Origin: Candidatus Multivoradales bacterium
GTDB taxonomy: Bacteria; Acidobacteriota; Thermoanaerobaculia; Multivoradales; J023
Length of the DNA: 64,000 nucleotides
NCBI GenBank assembly: GCA_965248925.1
Contig: CBDFLE010000006.1
Span: 3,968,001-4,032,000, forward strand
Direction: 5' to 3'
Shown: piece after piece, positions 20,222-29,599 of the stretch
Layout: the number at the start of each line of letters is the position of its first letter
Position numbering within the stretch: the stretch's first letter is position 1
The notes under the pieces: model-generated
Seen by the model: the letters and a program-made list of their open reading frames with translations, nothing else
Database searches by the model: none
Told to the model about the DNA's origin: nothing
Translations under genes and position numbers: made by a program

Positions 20222-22167
20222 GTGTAGCTCGGAGTCCATGGTTGAAGCCTCTTCGGCTACCGCTGCTGGCGCGTTTGGCACTGACTTTGTCGGTGATTGG
20301 GTTGCTGCCGCTGCTGATCGGCTTTTACCAGCTGCGCAGCAACGAGGATGGGTTGCTAGCGCAAGTCCAGCGCTCGCACATCATTGCCGCCGCTAGTTGT
20401 GCCGAGCGGGTTGCCGCGCACCTTGATGGGCTGCGCACCTTGGCGCAGAGCACCGCCAACCAACCGGCGATTCAGTCCGATCCGGGATCGCCCACCGCCG
20501 GCGAGTTGTTGGCCGGTCTGCTGCACGCCCGCGCGGATGTGGTTTTAGTCGCTACCTACAATCTGGCTGGAGAATCCTATCTGGCGGCTCAGCGGCGCGA
20601 CTTGCGAGCTGAGATCGAGCCCGCCTTGAGCCGTGTCCTGGAATCCACGGAACCGATGGGCCTGGTTGCCGGCAGCAGCGCAGAGTGGCTGTTTTTTCGC
20701 GTTGCCTTGGTCGAGGAACAGGGCTATCTCATTTTGCTAGCCGAAGGAGAGCCGCTGGCTGGCATGGTGCAGGTGATCGAACTCGGTGAGGAAGCGCACT
20801 TGGTCTTGGCCGACCGCGATGGCGAGGTGTTCTACGGTGGTCTCGATGATCTGGCCGAGTTCCCGCCTGGCGCGGTCGAGCTAGCGGCTAGTGGCAAGCT
20901 CACTTCCAGTTGTCAGCGCTATTCATTCGCCGGCGTCGAGCAGTTGGTGGTGGCTCATCATTTAGTTCATGGCACGCCTTGGTTCGTACTTTCCCGGCAG
21001 CCGGCGCGGCAGGCGGAGATCGCCCGTGCGCGCATTGATCGGGCCCGCTGGTTAGCGGCAGGGCTGGTCCTGGTGCTCAGTGGAGTGGTGCTGGCATTGG
21101 CCTACTTCAGCGTCGTTCGGCCCTTGCGCCGGATTGTTGGTGCCCAACGCGAGCTGGCGGGTAGCGCCGCAAAGGTGGTGGCGGGCTCGGAAATTGAGCA
21201 GCTTGAGGAGTCCTTCCGGCTGCTCGAGCAAGGACAGCGCGATCGCGATGAGCTCGGCCAGGTGTTTCTCGGTCGCTACCAGGTGATCGAGCTGGCGGGC
21301 TCGGGGTCGATGGGCAACGTTTTTCGTGGCTGGGATCCCCGGTTGCGACGATCAGTGGCACTCAAGACCATCCGCCTTGACAGTGCCAAATTCGATCGCC
21401 AGAAACTCAGTCAGAGCTTGGTCGAGGAAGCGGTTGCCTACGCCCGCTTCAACCACCCCAACATCGTTACTGTTTATGATGTGTTGGAAGGTGGAGATTC
21501 GACCTGTATCGCGATGGAGTTTGTCGACGGCCCCTCTCTCGAAGCCCTGTTGGCCCGGCATGGGCCGCTAAGTCCGGAGCGGGCTCTGCATGTCGCCATG
21601 GCAGTGGCGCGGGCGCTGGTCGAAGCTCATGCCCATCAGCTGGTTCACCATGACATCAAGCCCGCCAACGTCTTGATCGGTAAGGACGGCGAGATCAAGG
21701 TGACCGATTTCGGCATCTCGGAGTTGCTCTCCTTCGCCACCCGCGACAAGCGGCAGATTCGCGGTACGCCTGGCTACATTCCTCCTGAGAGTCTTGAAAG
21801 CGGCCAATACGACACCCGTAGCGACCTCTTCGCTCTCGGGGTGGTGATCTACGAGTGCTTAACCGCGCGCCAACCCTTCGTGGGCAAGAATCTCCGTCAA
21901 ACCTTGCTGCGCACGGCCACCGAGACACCGGAGGAGCCCAGGGGCCTGGCGCCCAGGGTGCCGCAGCGGTTCTCCGATCTGGTGATGCAGCTCTTGGCCA
22001 AGGAACCTGCGCAGCGTCTCGATTCGGCGCTGGCGGTGGTGGAGGTTTTAGAAAGCTTGGCGGTCGGTATCGAGGACTCGCCCTGGTTGCCCGGTGATTT
22101 GGATCCTGAATTGGTGGCGTCTCCGCGGGACACCCGACACGGTACGCAGTGGGTCGGTCGTGGCTAG
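20203..22167 (+). CDS. Membrane Ser/Thr kinase with Cache-like extracytoplasmic sensor and HAMP-like linker
   Basis: Two TM helices flank a ~250-aa domain; GSGSMG, VALK, HHDIKPAN, DFG, GTPGYIPPE, SDLFALG. Confidence 0.88.
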   Translation: MGTIALSVARSPWLKPLRLPLLARLALTLSVIGLLPLLIGFYQLRSNEDGLLAQVQRSHIIAAASCAERVAAHLDGLRTLAQSTANQPAIQSDPGSPTAGELLAGLLHARADVVLVATYNLAGESYLAAQRRDLRAEIEPALSRVLESTEPMGLVAGSSAEWLFFRVALVEEQGYLILLAEGEPLAGMVQVIELGEEAHLVLADRDGEVFYGGLDDLAEFPPGAVELAASGKLTSSCQRYSFAGVEQLVVAHHLVHGTPWFVLSRQPARQAEIARARIDRARWLAAGLVLVLSGVVLALAYFSVVRPLRRIVGAQRELAGSAAKVVAGSEIEQLEESFRLLEQGQRDRDELGQVFLGRYQVIELAGSGSMGNVFRGWDPRLRRSVALKTIRLDSAKFDRQKLSQSLVEEAVAYARFNHPNIVTVYDVLEGGDSTCIAMEFVDGPSLEALLARHGPLSPERALHVAMAVARALVEAHAHQLVHHDIKPANVLIGKDGEIKVTDFGISELLSFATRDKRQIRGTPGYIPPESLESGQYDTRSDLFALGVVIYECLTARQPFVGKNLRQTLLRTATETPEEPRGLAPRVPQRFSDLVMQLLAKEPAQRLDSALAVVEVLESLAVGIEDSPWLPGDLDPELVASPRDTRHGTQWVGRG

Positions 22168-22189
22168 TGGGATGCGACTCGAAGAGACC

Positions 22190-22237
22190 GCGCAGGGTTG
22201 AAACCCCGCGCTAAGTGATGACGTCCCTGTCGGGACG
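22190..22237. repeat. REP-like double hairpin
   Basis: GCGCAGGGTT-GA-AACCCCGCGC followed by CGTCCC-TGTC-GGGACG between convergent genes; single copy in this window. Confidence 0.45.
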
Positions 22238-22273
22238 AGGAAGCAGGAGATCGGGGCTAGTAAGGCGTCTAGA

Positions 22274-25105
22274 TCAGTCGGTGGTGGATTTCTCTTTTGC
22301 CTCCTGACGCGATTGTTCGAGGATTTCGTCGAGTTCCTGGTTGGTCGCCTGGTAAGCGGCGAGGGTCGGGGTGAGCAACTCCTGGCAGTCCTCGGCCCTG
22401 CCTTCTCGGGCTGCCTTCTCGAGCTTGCCGAGGTACTGGGCCAAGGGCATCGCGCCTAGATTGGACGAGCTGCCGCGCAGCGAATGGGCGGCTTGCCTGA
22501 CCGCCGGCAAATCACCTTCTTCTACCGCTTGGCGCAGTTCGTCCAATCGTTCGTGGCTCTGCTCAAAATAGAGGTCAATCACTTCGCTGAGCACATCACG
22601 GCCGGTGCGCTGGCCGAGGGTGCGCAGAATGTCGAGCCTCTCGCTCTCGATCGCCTTGCGGTTGCCGTGGGGCGTTTCGCTCTCATCCACTGGTGCGGCC
22701 GCGAGCCACCGATCGATCAGGGCCGCTAGCTGTTCCTCGCGAAAGGGTTTCGAAAGGTAGTCGTCCATCCCCGCCGCGAGGCATTTGTGCTTATCGCCTT
22801 TCATCGCGTGGGCGGTCAGGGCGATGATCGGAAGGTGCTCTCCAGCACCCTCTCGGTGGCGGATGCGGCGGGTAGCCTCGTAGCCGTCGACTTCTGGCAT
22901 CTGACAGTCCATCAATACCAGATCGTAGGTCCTGCGGGCGACCGCATCGAGAGCTTGCTGTCCGTTCTCGACGCATTCGACGCGATAGCCCATGAATTCC
23001 AGCTGGCGTCTTGCTACTAGTTGATTGACCGGGTTGTCTTCTGCCAACAGGAGGAGGAACCGGGCGCGCTGAGCTTCAGCGGCTGGCATGAGGGCGGTAT
23101 TCGCGGCAGTGGAGTCGCGGGCGAAAGCCGCTGACGAGCTGGCGCGGCGCAAGTAGAGGTCGAACCAACAGGTCGTGCCGCTCCCCGAGGTACTCTCCAA
23201 CTCGATGTCGCCGCCCATTAGCTGCACCAGCCGCTTGGAGATCGCCAGCCCGAGACCGGTGCCGCCAAAGCGTCGGGCGGTGCTGCTGTCGGCTTGGGTG
23301 AAGGGAGCAAAGAGGTGCTCTTGGGCCTCGGGTGGAATGCCGATTCCGGTATCGCTGACCGTGAACCGCAGCAGGGGTTGCAGTGGATGGTCTTGCTGCA
23401 GGGAAATCTTCACCCGAACCTCACCCTGGCGGGTGAATTTGACCGCGTTCGACACCAGGTTGATTAGCACCTGGCGCAATCGAGCGGGATCGCCTTCAAG
23501 TTCAGTCGGTATTCCGCTAGCTGCCTCCAGCCGCAACTCGACCCCCTTCGCCTCGGCCCGCGGCGCCAGCAGCGAGGAGATGCCGCTGAGCAGATCACTG
23601 AGTCGGAAAGGCACGATGTTCAACGACAGCTTGCCGGCTTCGATCTTGGAGAAGTCGAGAATGTCGTCGATTACCTCTAGCAGACCGTTGGCCGAAGAGC
23701 GGATCACCCTGATGTACTCAGCATCCTGAGGTGGCAGCCGGCTCTTGCTGAGCAGCTCGGCCATGCCGATGATGCCCGCCATCGGTGTCCGGATCTCGTG
23801 GCTCATGTTGGCCAGGAACTGGCTCTTCGCCTGATTGGCCTGTTCGGCGGCTTCTTTCGCCAGGTGCATTTCGCGGGCTCGGCGTTCGGCGGAGATGTCG
23901 CGGTTGATCGACAAAACCGCGTCCCTACCGTGGTAGCGGATCGGAGTGGCGAGGATCTCCAGCGCCACCTCGCTACCGTCCTTGAGAAATTGCACGGTCT
24001 CAAATCGCTGGTGTTCTCCCCGGCGCAGGGTATTCGGATCGTACAGTCGGCCCTGCTCGACTTGCTGAGAAATATGGCCCAAGGGCTGGCCGACCAACTC
24101 CTCGCGGGTGAAGCCGAAGAGGGTGCAGGTGCGCAGGTTGACGTCGAGCACGATCTCACTCTCAGCTTCGAAGATGATGATGGCGTCGTGGGCACTGTCG
24201 ATCACCCGCCGATAGTCCAGTTGTCGCTCACGCAGTGCTTTCTCGGTTCGCCGGCGCTCGGTGGTGTCACGGACGATGGTCGAGAAATAGTCCAACGCGC
24301 CGCTGGCGGTGAGATGCGCCAAAACCACTTGCGAGGCGGGTAAACCGCGGCCGTCTCGGCGTACGAACTCGGTATCGCCAGACCAGGTACCGTCGTCGGC
24401 GGCGGCGGGCAACACTTGCTCCTCCATCCGCTGGGCGATCTCTGGCGGATGAAAATCGGCCAGCTGGGTCGACGATAGATTCTCCCGAGCGGCGATGCCG
24501 AGCATTCCGCGGCCGGCCTGGTTGAGATGCAAGATATAGCCCTGGGGATCAAGCATCGCCACCAGGTCGGTGGTGGCATTGAGAATCGCCAGATGGCGTT
24601 CCTGCGCCCGCTCCAAGCGTTTGCGATCGCTGATGTCGACGTACATCGCCCAGGTACCGATCGTCTTGCCGGAGTTGTTGGTCTGCGGCACGGCGCGCAA
24701 CAGGGTCTCGATTACCCGGCCGTCCGAAGCCACCAAATGTCTTTCTTCGGCTTGCATGCTACCGGCCAAGGATCGTTGGTAGTCACCCTTATCGAGCAGC
24801 AGCTCGCGCGATTGGGCGGTGTAGAAGTCGGCCAGCGGTTGACCGATCACCTCATCGCGAACGTAGCCCAGTGCCTTCAGGAACGGGCGGTTGCAGTCGG
24901 TGATTTCCGGCACCCCCTGGTCGAGGCGGGTGATGACAAACATCGCCGGAGCTTGTTCGAAGAAGTCGCGGCGCTTCGCCGCCAGCGCCCCCTCGCTCTC
25001 GGTGTTTGGGGCCGCCGCCAGCGTTGCTTCGAGTTCGGCCACTCGGGCGCGGAGCTCGCTAGCTTGCGCGGCGAGTTCCTTCTCGATCTTTGTTTGCTCG
25101 CCCAT
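22274..25105 (-). CDS. Cytoplasmic hybrid histidine kinase (3xPAS-HisKA-HATPase-REC-Hpt)
   Basis: [49 protein letters not shown]. Confidence 0.95.
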   Translation of the reverse strand: MGEQTKIEKELAAQASELRARVAELEATLAAAPNTESEGALAAKRRDFFEQAPAMFVITRLDQGVPEITDCNRPFLKALGYVRDEVIGQPLADFYTAQSRELLLDKGDYQRSLAGSMQAEERHLVASDGRVIETLLRAVPQTNNSGKTIGTWAMYVDISDRKRLERAQERHLAILNATTDLVAMLDPQGYILHLNQAGRGMLGIAARENLSSTQLADFHPPEIAQRMEEQVLPAAADDGTWSGDTEFVRRDGRGLPASQVVLAHLTASGALDYFSTIVRDTTERRRTEKALRERQLDYRRVIDSAHDAIIIFEAESEIVLDVNLRTCTLFGFTREELVGQPLGHISQQVEQGRLYDPNTLRRGEHQRFETVQFLKDGSEVALEILATPIRYHGRDAVLSINRDISAERRAREMHLAKEAAEQANQAKSQFLANMSHEIRTPMAGIIGMAELLSKSRLPPQDAEYIRVIRSSANGLLEVIDDILDFSKIEAGKLSLNIVPFRLSDLLSGISSLLAPRAEAKGVELRLEAASGIPTELEGDPARLRQVLINLVSNAVKFTRQGEVRVKISLQQDHPLQPLLRFTVSDTGIGIPPEAQEHLFAPFTQADSSTARRFGGTGLGLAISKRLVQLMGGDIELESTSGSGTTCWFDLYLRRASSSAAFARDSTAANTALMPAAEAQRARFLLLLAEDNPVNQLVARRQLEFMGYRVECVENGQQALDAVARRTYDLVLMDCQMPEVDGYEATRRIRHREGAGEHLPIIALTAHAMKGDKHKCLAAGMDDYLSKPFREEQLAALIDRWLAAAPVDESETPHGNRKAIESERLDILRTLGQRTGRDVLSEVIDLYFEQSHERLDELRQAVEEGDLPAVRQAAHSLRGSSSNLGAMPLAQYLGKLEKAAREGRAEDCQELLTPTLAAYQATNQELDEILEQSRQEAKEKSTTD

Positions 25106-25266
25106 CTAGGATTCCATCACGGGGTACGCGGGCCATTGTATCCGTTGCTCGCCAGCGGCGTTGCGGGTCCTTGATCGGCGGGACCTCGTGCTAGATTCTA
25201 GCGACGATCAAGACCCTTCGGTGCGCTGTAGAAGCTGAACCAGAGCGCGCCGAGACGCCGCACGAC

Positions 25267-25695
25267 TTGCTGGTCGCAGCAATGTTGATTGCCGGATTGC
25301 AAATGCGCATTGTCCGCGCCACCACCGAGGGTGACGACGAGCCGCCCGACTGGCCCGAGTTCAACGGCGGTCAGTTGCTGCGCGACCTGCTGACTTGGGT
25401 CGTGGTCTGTTTGATGCAGTTCGGGCCGGCGGTTCTGCTGCTCTCGCTGGTTGGCTGGCGGCTCTTGGCACGAGAACCGAACCCGTGGTTCTGGCTTGCC
25501 TTTGCCGTTTGTTCATGGCTCGGTAGCGGCTTGGCGACGGTGGCCTTCGGCGCCGCTGCCCACATTGGACGGTTGCGGGTTTTCAGCTTGCTGGGCCATC
25601 TCGAGACCTTCGTCGCCGCTGGCGGCGAGTCGAGGCGATCTACAAGCCTTACCTCTGAGCCGCCGTGCTCCTTGAGCGGCAGTCTTGCGCATTAG
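25267..25695 (+). pseudogene. Fragment of a membrane protein (DUF4013-like)
   Basis: IVRATTEGDDEPPDWPEF plus TM helices; no clear RBS or start; degenerates into low-complexity sequence before colliding with the convergent gene. Confidence 0.4.
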
Positions 25696-26231
25696 CCCTC
25701 ACCGCTGTCCCGGTCCTCTCTCGGTGCGATTTGCTCGATCTGGCGCCGTAGGCTTTGTTGATTTTTCTGATTCAGCTTTTCCTCGACATCCATCGGTACC
25801 CCTTGTTGTCTGATCTGTCGCCCCATTTCGAGCAGCGCCTCGCGGGTTTTCGGATCGAGTTCTTCTATTGCTTCACCGAGCCTCTCGGTCATCTCATTGA
25901 TTCGATATCGGTACTCCACATCGGATTGCGGCGGCCTGTCGACTCCCAGGATGGCCCGGCCCTGGCTCCAGACCTGGGCGTGAGCCCAATAAAAAGCAGT
26001 GCCCGCCAGCAAGATCAGTAGCACCGCCAGGCCAATGGCGGCGGCCATCGGTGCGCGATTGCCGCCACTCGGTGGTGCTGGAGCGGGGGTCTGAGAAGCC
26101 TTGCCGATCTGCTCGCCAGCTTCTTTGCGACAGCGGGCGCAACCCGGATGGACGGCGGCGTTGAAGCGTAGCCCGTGGGTTGGGCAGGTCTCGATGCGGA
26201 TCTCTGAGCCTTCGTTGTCGGGCATGGGCAA
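25692..26231 (-). CDS. Hypothetical single-TM protein with N-terminal CxxHG-x8-CxxC motif
   Basis: CPTHGLRFNAAVHPGCARC, Pro-rich linker, one TM helix, helical C-terminus. Confidence 0.65.
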   Translation of the reverse strand: MPMPDNEGSEIRIETCPTHGLRFNAAVHPGCARCRKEAGEQIGKASQTPAPAPPSGGNRAPMAAAIGLAVLLILLAGTAFYWAHAQVWSQGRAILGVDRPPQSDVEYRYRINEMTERLGEAIEELDPKTREALLEMGRQIRQQGVPMDVEEKLNQKNQQSLRRQIEQIAPREDRDSGEG

Positions 26232-26395
26232 ATTCCCGGAGTGTCGAGCGTGATGATCTACCGCCCGCTTCCCCCGCGGCGAGTTGACGAACGGTAGTGG
26301 TCAGTATAGAACGGGTCCAACAACGGCCGAATCAAGGCTTCGGCTGGCTCCTATTCGGCCCGGCGTGGGCTCTTTGATCAGGACCGCGACTAGAC

Positions 26396-27136
26396 GTGAA
26401 CAATCCGCAGCTCTACGAGAGCCAGGCCGAGCTGATCGAGCAGATTTTGGCGTTCACCTGCCGCCGCCGGGGCTTGCGCCCGCCAGCGTCAGAGGATTTC
26501 GCTAGCTGGACGCGGATAAAGCTGCTCGAGGACGGCTGCGGCCGGCTGCGCAAGTGGGCGGGTCAAAGCCAGCTCAGCACTTTCTTGGTCTCCGTGGTCC
26601 AGCGGCTGTACCTCGACTGGCAGAACCACGAGCGGGGCAAGTGGCGGCCTTCGGCCAAGGCCAAGAGCTTAGGGCGCGAGGGTTGTTGGCTCGACCAACT
26701 CATCCACCGTGACGGCCTGGGGGCGGATGCTGCGGTCGAGGAGCTGAAACAGAATCGCCGCGTCGAGCTATCGCGGCGGCAGCTGCACCGCATGGCGGCT
26801 GGGCTACCGGCCCACCCTCCTCGTCGCCAGGTGGGAGAAGAGCCCTTGGCCTTCCATTCCGCAGCGGGTCCGAATCCTGAGCAGCAGATGCTGGCCGAGG
26901 AGCGTCAGAGCCAGCGCGCCGGACTGCTGCGGGCCTTGGCCGAGCTGCGTACCGAGTTGCCGATAGAAGATGGACTGATTTTGCGCTTGCGCTACGAGGA
27001 GGGATTCCAGGTGAAGCAGATCGCTGCTCGCCTCGGCAGCGAGGTACGGCCCCTCTACCGGCGCTTGGAGTGGCTCAAGAAGCGCTTGCAGAAGGCTCTG
27101 CAAGAGCTGGGGTACAGTGGTGATGATCTGGACTGA
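26396..27136 (+). CDS. ECF-type sigma-70 factor with an insertion between regions 2 and 4
   Basis: SEDFASW..LSTFLVSVVQRLYLDW (region 2); LPIEDGLILRLRYEEGFQVKQIAARLG (region 4). Confidence 0.85.
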   Translation: MNNPQLYESQAELIEQILAFTCRRRGLRPPASEDFASWTRIKLLEDGCGRLRKWAGQSQLSTFLVSVVQRLYLDWQNHERGKWRPSAKAKSLGREGCWLDQLIHRDGLGADAAVEELKQNRRVELSRRQLHRMAAGLPAHPPRRQVGEEPLAFHSAAGPNPEQQMLAEERQSQRAGLLRALAELRTELPIEDGLILRLRYEEGFQVKQIAARLGSEVRPLYRRLEWLKKRLQKALQELGYSGDDLD

Positions 27137-27249
27137 CCCTGCCTCGCGGCGATTGGCGAAGACTGGTGCCTGGGTCCGTCCGATAGTTACGGGCGAGAAC
27201 CGCGCATCGCTGGGGCCACCGCGATGGGCAGAATCTTGGAGAAGACGTC

Positions 27250-29175
27250 GTGAACCCTGAACTAGGCCCCGACCTGGACGAGAGCGATCTAGAGGAGATC
27301 GCTGCCTTGCTCGATGGTCGGCTCAAAGGCGCTGCTCGGCAGCAGGCTTTGCAGCTTCTCGACCAGAACGAGCAGGCATACCAGATCTACGTCGAGAGTG
27401 CCCGCTTCCTCGATTGGCAGCAAGAACAGGAGCCAGTGGCGCCGCTGGGCGAAGCTCTGCCCTCAGAATCGCGAACTCGCTGGCGGTGGCTCGCGGCAGT
27501 GGCTGCGTTGGCGCTGCTCGGCATGGCGCTTTGGTTGGCGAAGTTGACCACCCCACAGAATTCGGAGGAGTTCTTGGCCGGCGCCAATTATGCTCAGCAA
27601 AACAAGCTGCTGGCGCGCCAAATTTTCTCTGGCCTGGAAGGCGGTTTGGTGGCGAGTGATGATTGGCCCGCCTGGTTGCGGCCGCTTCTGGAGCCCTTGG
27701 CAAGTTGGCGCGCGTCTTCGCTCAACGACCTCGTGGCAGCAATGGAGGTGGGCACCGAGCACCACTATCAGATGGCTGGGTTGAACCTTGACCCCGATGT
27801 AGTCGCCGAGCAGAGCGAGCGCTTGGTCATGGGCGTGGTCGTGGGTCGCCAGCGTCAGCGGCTCCGATTGTTGCTCGAGGGGAGACTCGAGCCATCGCTC
27901 AAGAAACTCGATCAATTCGATCTCGCCTTCTACCTCTTCGCCCTGGGCAGCCCGGATTTGGCGGTGCAGCAATTCGCAAGTCTGAGCTCTGAACGCGGGT
28001 CGGGTTTCCAGGGTCAGAGTCTGGCGGTAGCGAATAACCTGGGTCTGGTGCAGCTGCTGCGGGCGCATGAAGGGTTGAATCGCTGTAGTTCGAACCTGGC
28101 AACTGCGGTCTTGCCACCGATGGCCTACGACCTGCGACGCCCATTCAGCGTCAAGCGGGGACTCGGTGAGGAATGGGCCCCATGCGAGGCGATCTTCGCT
28201 CCCCTACTCGACGAAGTTCTCGTCTCTTTCGTCGAGTTGATCGCTCGTGATCCATCCTACGAGCCGTCGCAGATCAACTACATGGCGGCACAGCTGCTCG
28301 GACATCGTGGCGATGAGTTGGCTGCCCATCTCGAGCAGCTACCGGAGGGCCTGCGGCGAACAGCCGCGGTCAATATATTTGCCGCTCTGGCTCCATTGGC
28401 CTTGCGTTACGACGTTTGTGAAGAGGACGAGTCTCTCTGTGCCAGTGCCTTGAAGCAGCTGGACGATTTGCGGGCCACGGCCGTGTTGCCGGGCGCCCTC
28501 GAAGGGCCGCTGAGTTACAACCGGGCGATGATCCTGCGACGGCTGGGTCGAGTCGATGAGAGTGAGTTGGAGTTGCGGCACTTTCTTGAGCTAACGGCGG
28601 GTGGGATCTACGAAGAAAGCGCTCGCTCGAAGTTGCGAACAAAGCAGGTGCCAACGCCACCGCTTGAAGACGCTGAGTTGCAAGCAGCGATCGTTGAAGC
28701 GCTGGACCGCATCGACCCGAATCAGCTCGACGTTCTTCGTCAACAGCCAGTTGCAATCGGTTCGTCGAGCTGGCGATTGCTGCGCCCGGGACCTTCGACT
28801 TCGCTCTCGCTGGTAGTTGCATCTGAGACTCAGACCGTTCTGGCGGTGAGGCTCCTCGACGTACCAGCTAGTCCAGCCAAACTTGGATTCGGCACCGGCG
28901 GTGAGCGCCCAAACTTGCTAGCTCCTCTTCGCCTTGATCTTGGCGAAGGGGACGAACTGTTCGGGTTCCGCCGTCTATCCACCTTGGTCCACGGTCAATC
29001 CGGGTTCGACAACGAAATCTGGATGCGCGGCGGATTGGGTTATCGGGTGATGCGCGGAGCCGACGGCAGACGGCAGGTTCAGGCTCAGATCTTGGTGCGT
29101 CCGGGGTTTATGGAACGGGCAGTCGAGGAAATCGCCGCCGAAGTAGTGTCCGAGGTGGCGTCGGGCACGCTCTGA
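27250..29175 (+). CDS. Putative anti-sigma factor: N-terminal ASD-like domain, one TM helix, extracytoplasmic TPR-like region
   Basis: EEIAALLDGRL..ARQQ; TM helix WRWLAAVAALALL; NNLGLV and YNRAMILRRLG TPR-like motifs; directly follows the sigma gene. Confidence 0.65.
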   Translation: MNPELGPDLDESDLEEIAALLDGRLKGAARQQALQLLDQNEQAYQIYVESARFLDWQQEQEPVAPLGEALPSESRTRWRWLAAVAALALLGMALWLAKLTTPQNSEEFLAGANYAQQNKLLARQIFSGLEGGLVASDDWPAWLRPLLEPLASWRASSLNDLVAAMEVGTEHHYQMAGLNLDPDVVAEQSERLVMGVVVGRQRQRLRLLLEGRLEPSLKKLDQFDLAFYLFALGSPDLAVQQFASLSSERGSGFQGQSLAVANNLGLVQLLRAHEGLNRCSSNLATAVLPPMAYDLRRPFSVKRGLGEEWAPCEAIFAPLLDEVLVSFVELIARDPSYEPSQINYMAAQLLGHRGDELAAHLEQLPEGLRRTAAVNIFAALAPLALRYDVCEEDESLCASALKQLDDLRATAVLPGALEGPLSYNRAMILRRLGRVDESELELRHFLELTAGGIYEESARSKLRTKQVPTPPLEDAELQAAIVEALDRIDPNQLDVLRQQPVAIGSSSWRLLRPGPSTSLSLVVASETQTVLAVRLLDVPASPAKLGFGTGGERPNLLAPLRLDLGEGDELFGFRRLSTLVHGQSGFDNEIWMRGGLGYRVMRGADGRRQVQAQILVRPGFMERAVEEIAAEVVSEVASGTL

Positions 29176-29190
29176 CACCCGCTTGACACC
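29173..29190 (+). promoter_or_regulatory. Putative enhancer (UAS) 1: TGACACC-N4-TGACACC
   Basis: Direct repeat with an 11-bp period about 100 bp upstream of sigma54 promoter 1; the same motif precedes promoter 2. Confidence 0.6.
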
Positions 29191-29280
29191 TCCTGCCGGT
29201 CTCTTGCCCCGTTGGGGTCATTCTGCATCAAACTGTTCATAAGAAGGATCTTAGGTAATTCCTGGCGCGCTTTCTCGAAG

Positions 29281-29297
29281 CTGGCGCAAGCCTTGCT
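29281..29297 (+). promoter_or_regulatory. Sigma54 -24/-12 promoter 1
   Basis: CTGGCGCAAGCCTTGCT; GG-N10-GC spacing; close to consensus YTGGCACGNNNTTGCW. Confidence 0.75.
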
Positions 29298-29307
29298 TTA
29301 GTCCTTC

Positions 29308-29416
29308 TTGTCTGGCAGCAAGATCCCCAGAACGGGATCGCCGGGCAGCACAAGGACTCCAGCGGAGAACCGCGCACTTCCGCTTTCGAGGACCGCTTCG
29401 GCGGTCCTTCTTTTTT
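29308..29416 (+). ncRNA. Candidate sigma54-dependent sRNA 1 (~110 nt)
   Basis: Bounded by promoter 1 and a terminator. 5' hairpin TGTCTGGC/GCCGGGCA with inner GATCCC/GGGATC; GCGG-AGAA-CCGC hairpin; CGCACTT; no ORF with an RBS. Confidence 0.65.
29388..29416 (+). terminator. Intrinsic terminator of sRNA 1
   Basis: AGGACCGC-TTCG-GCGGTCCT with a C(UUCG)G loop, followed by TCTTTTTT. Confidence 0.85.
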
Positions 29417-29479
29417 GCTCTACTGCATCCCTCACCGGTTGTGATGCCGGCCGAGTGTCCGACACTCTACGCACCTGTC

Positions 29480-29497
29480 TGACACCATGCTGACACC
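29480..29497 (+). promoter_or_regulatory. Putative enhancer (UAS) 2: TGACACC-N4-TGACACC
   Basis: TGACACCATGCTGACACC, 11-bp period, about 85-95 bp upstream of promoter 2. Confidence 0.6.
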
Positions 29498-29572
29498 TTC
29501 GCGGGCGCTGGCGAGTTTTCTGGAAAAGTTGATAACTCGTTTGTGTGCAGCAGTTAAGAAAATCATGCAAAA

Positions 29573-29589
29573 CTGGTATGAGGCTTGCT
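29573..29589 (+). promoter_or_regulatory. Sigma54 -24/-12 promoter 2
   Basis: CTGGTATGAGGCTTGCT; GG-N10-GC spacing; preceded by an AT-rich spacer. Confidence 0.75.
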
Positions 29590-29599
29590 ACTAGAGAAT

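Noticed and set aside
29300-29358. Extended stem AGTCCTT/AAGGACT enclosing the sRNA 1 5' hairpin
   Set aside because: The left arm lies upstream of the predicted sigma54 +1, so it was left out of the RNA model. It would matter only if the TSS is further upstream.
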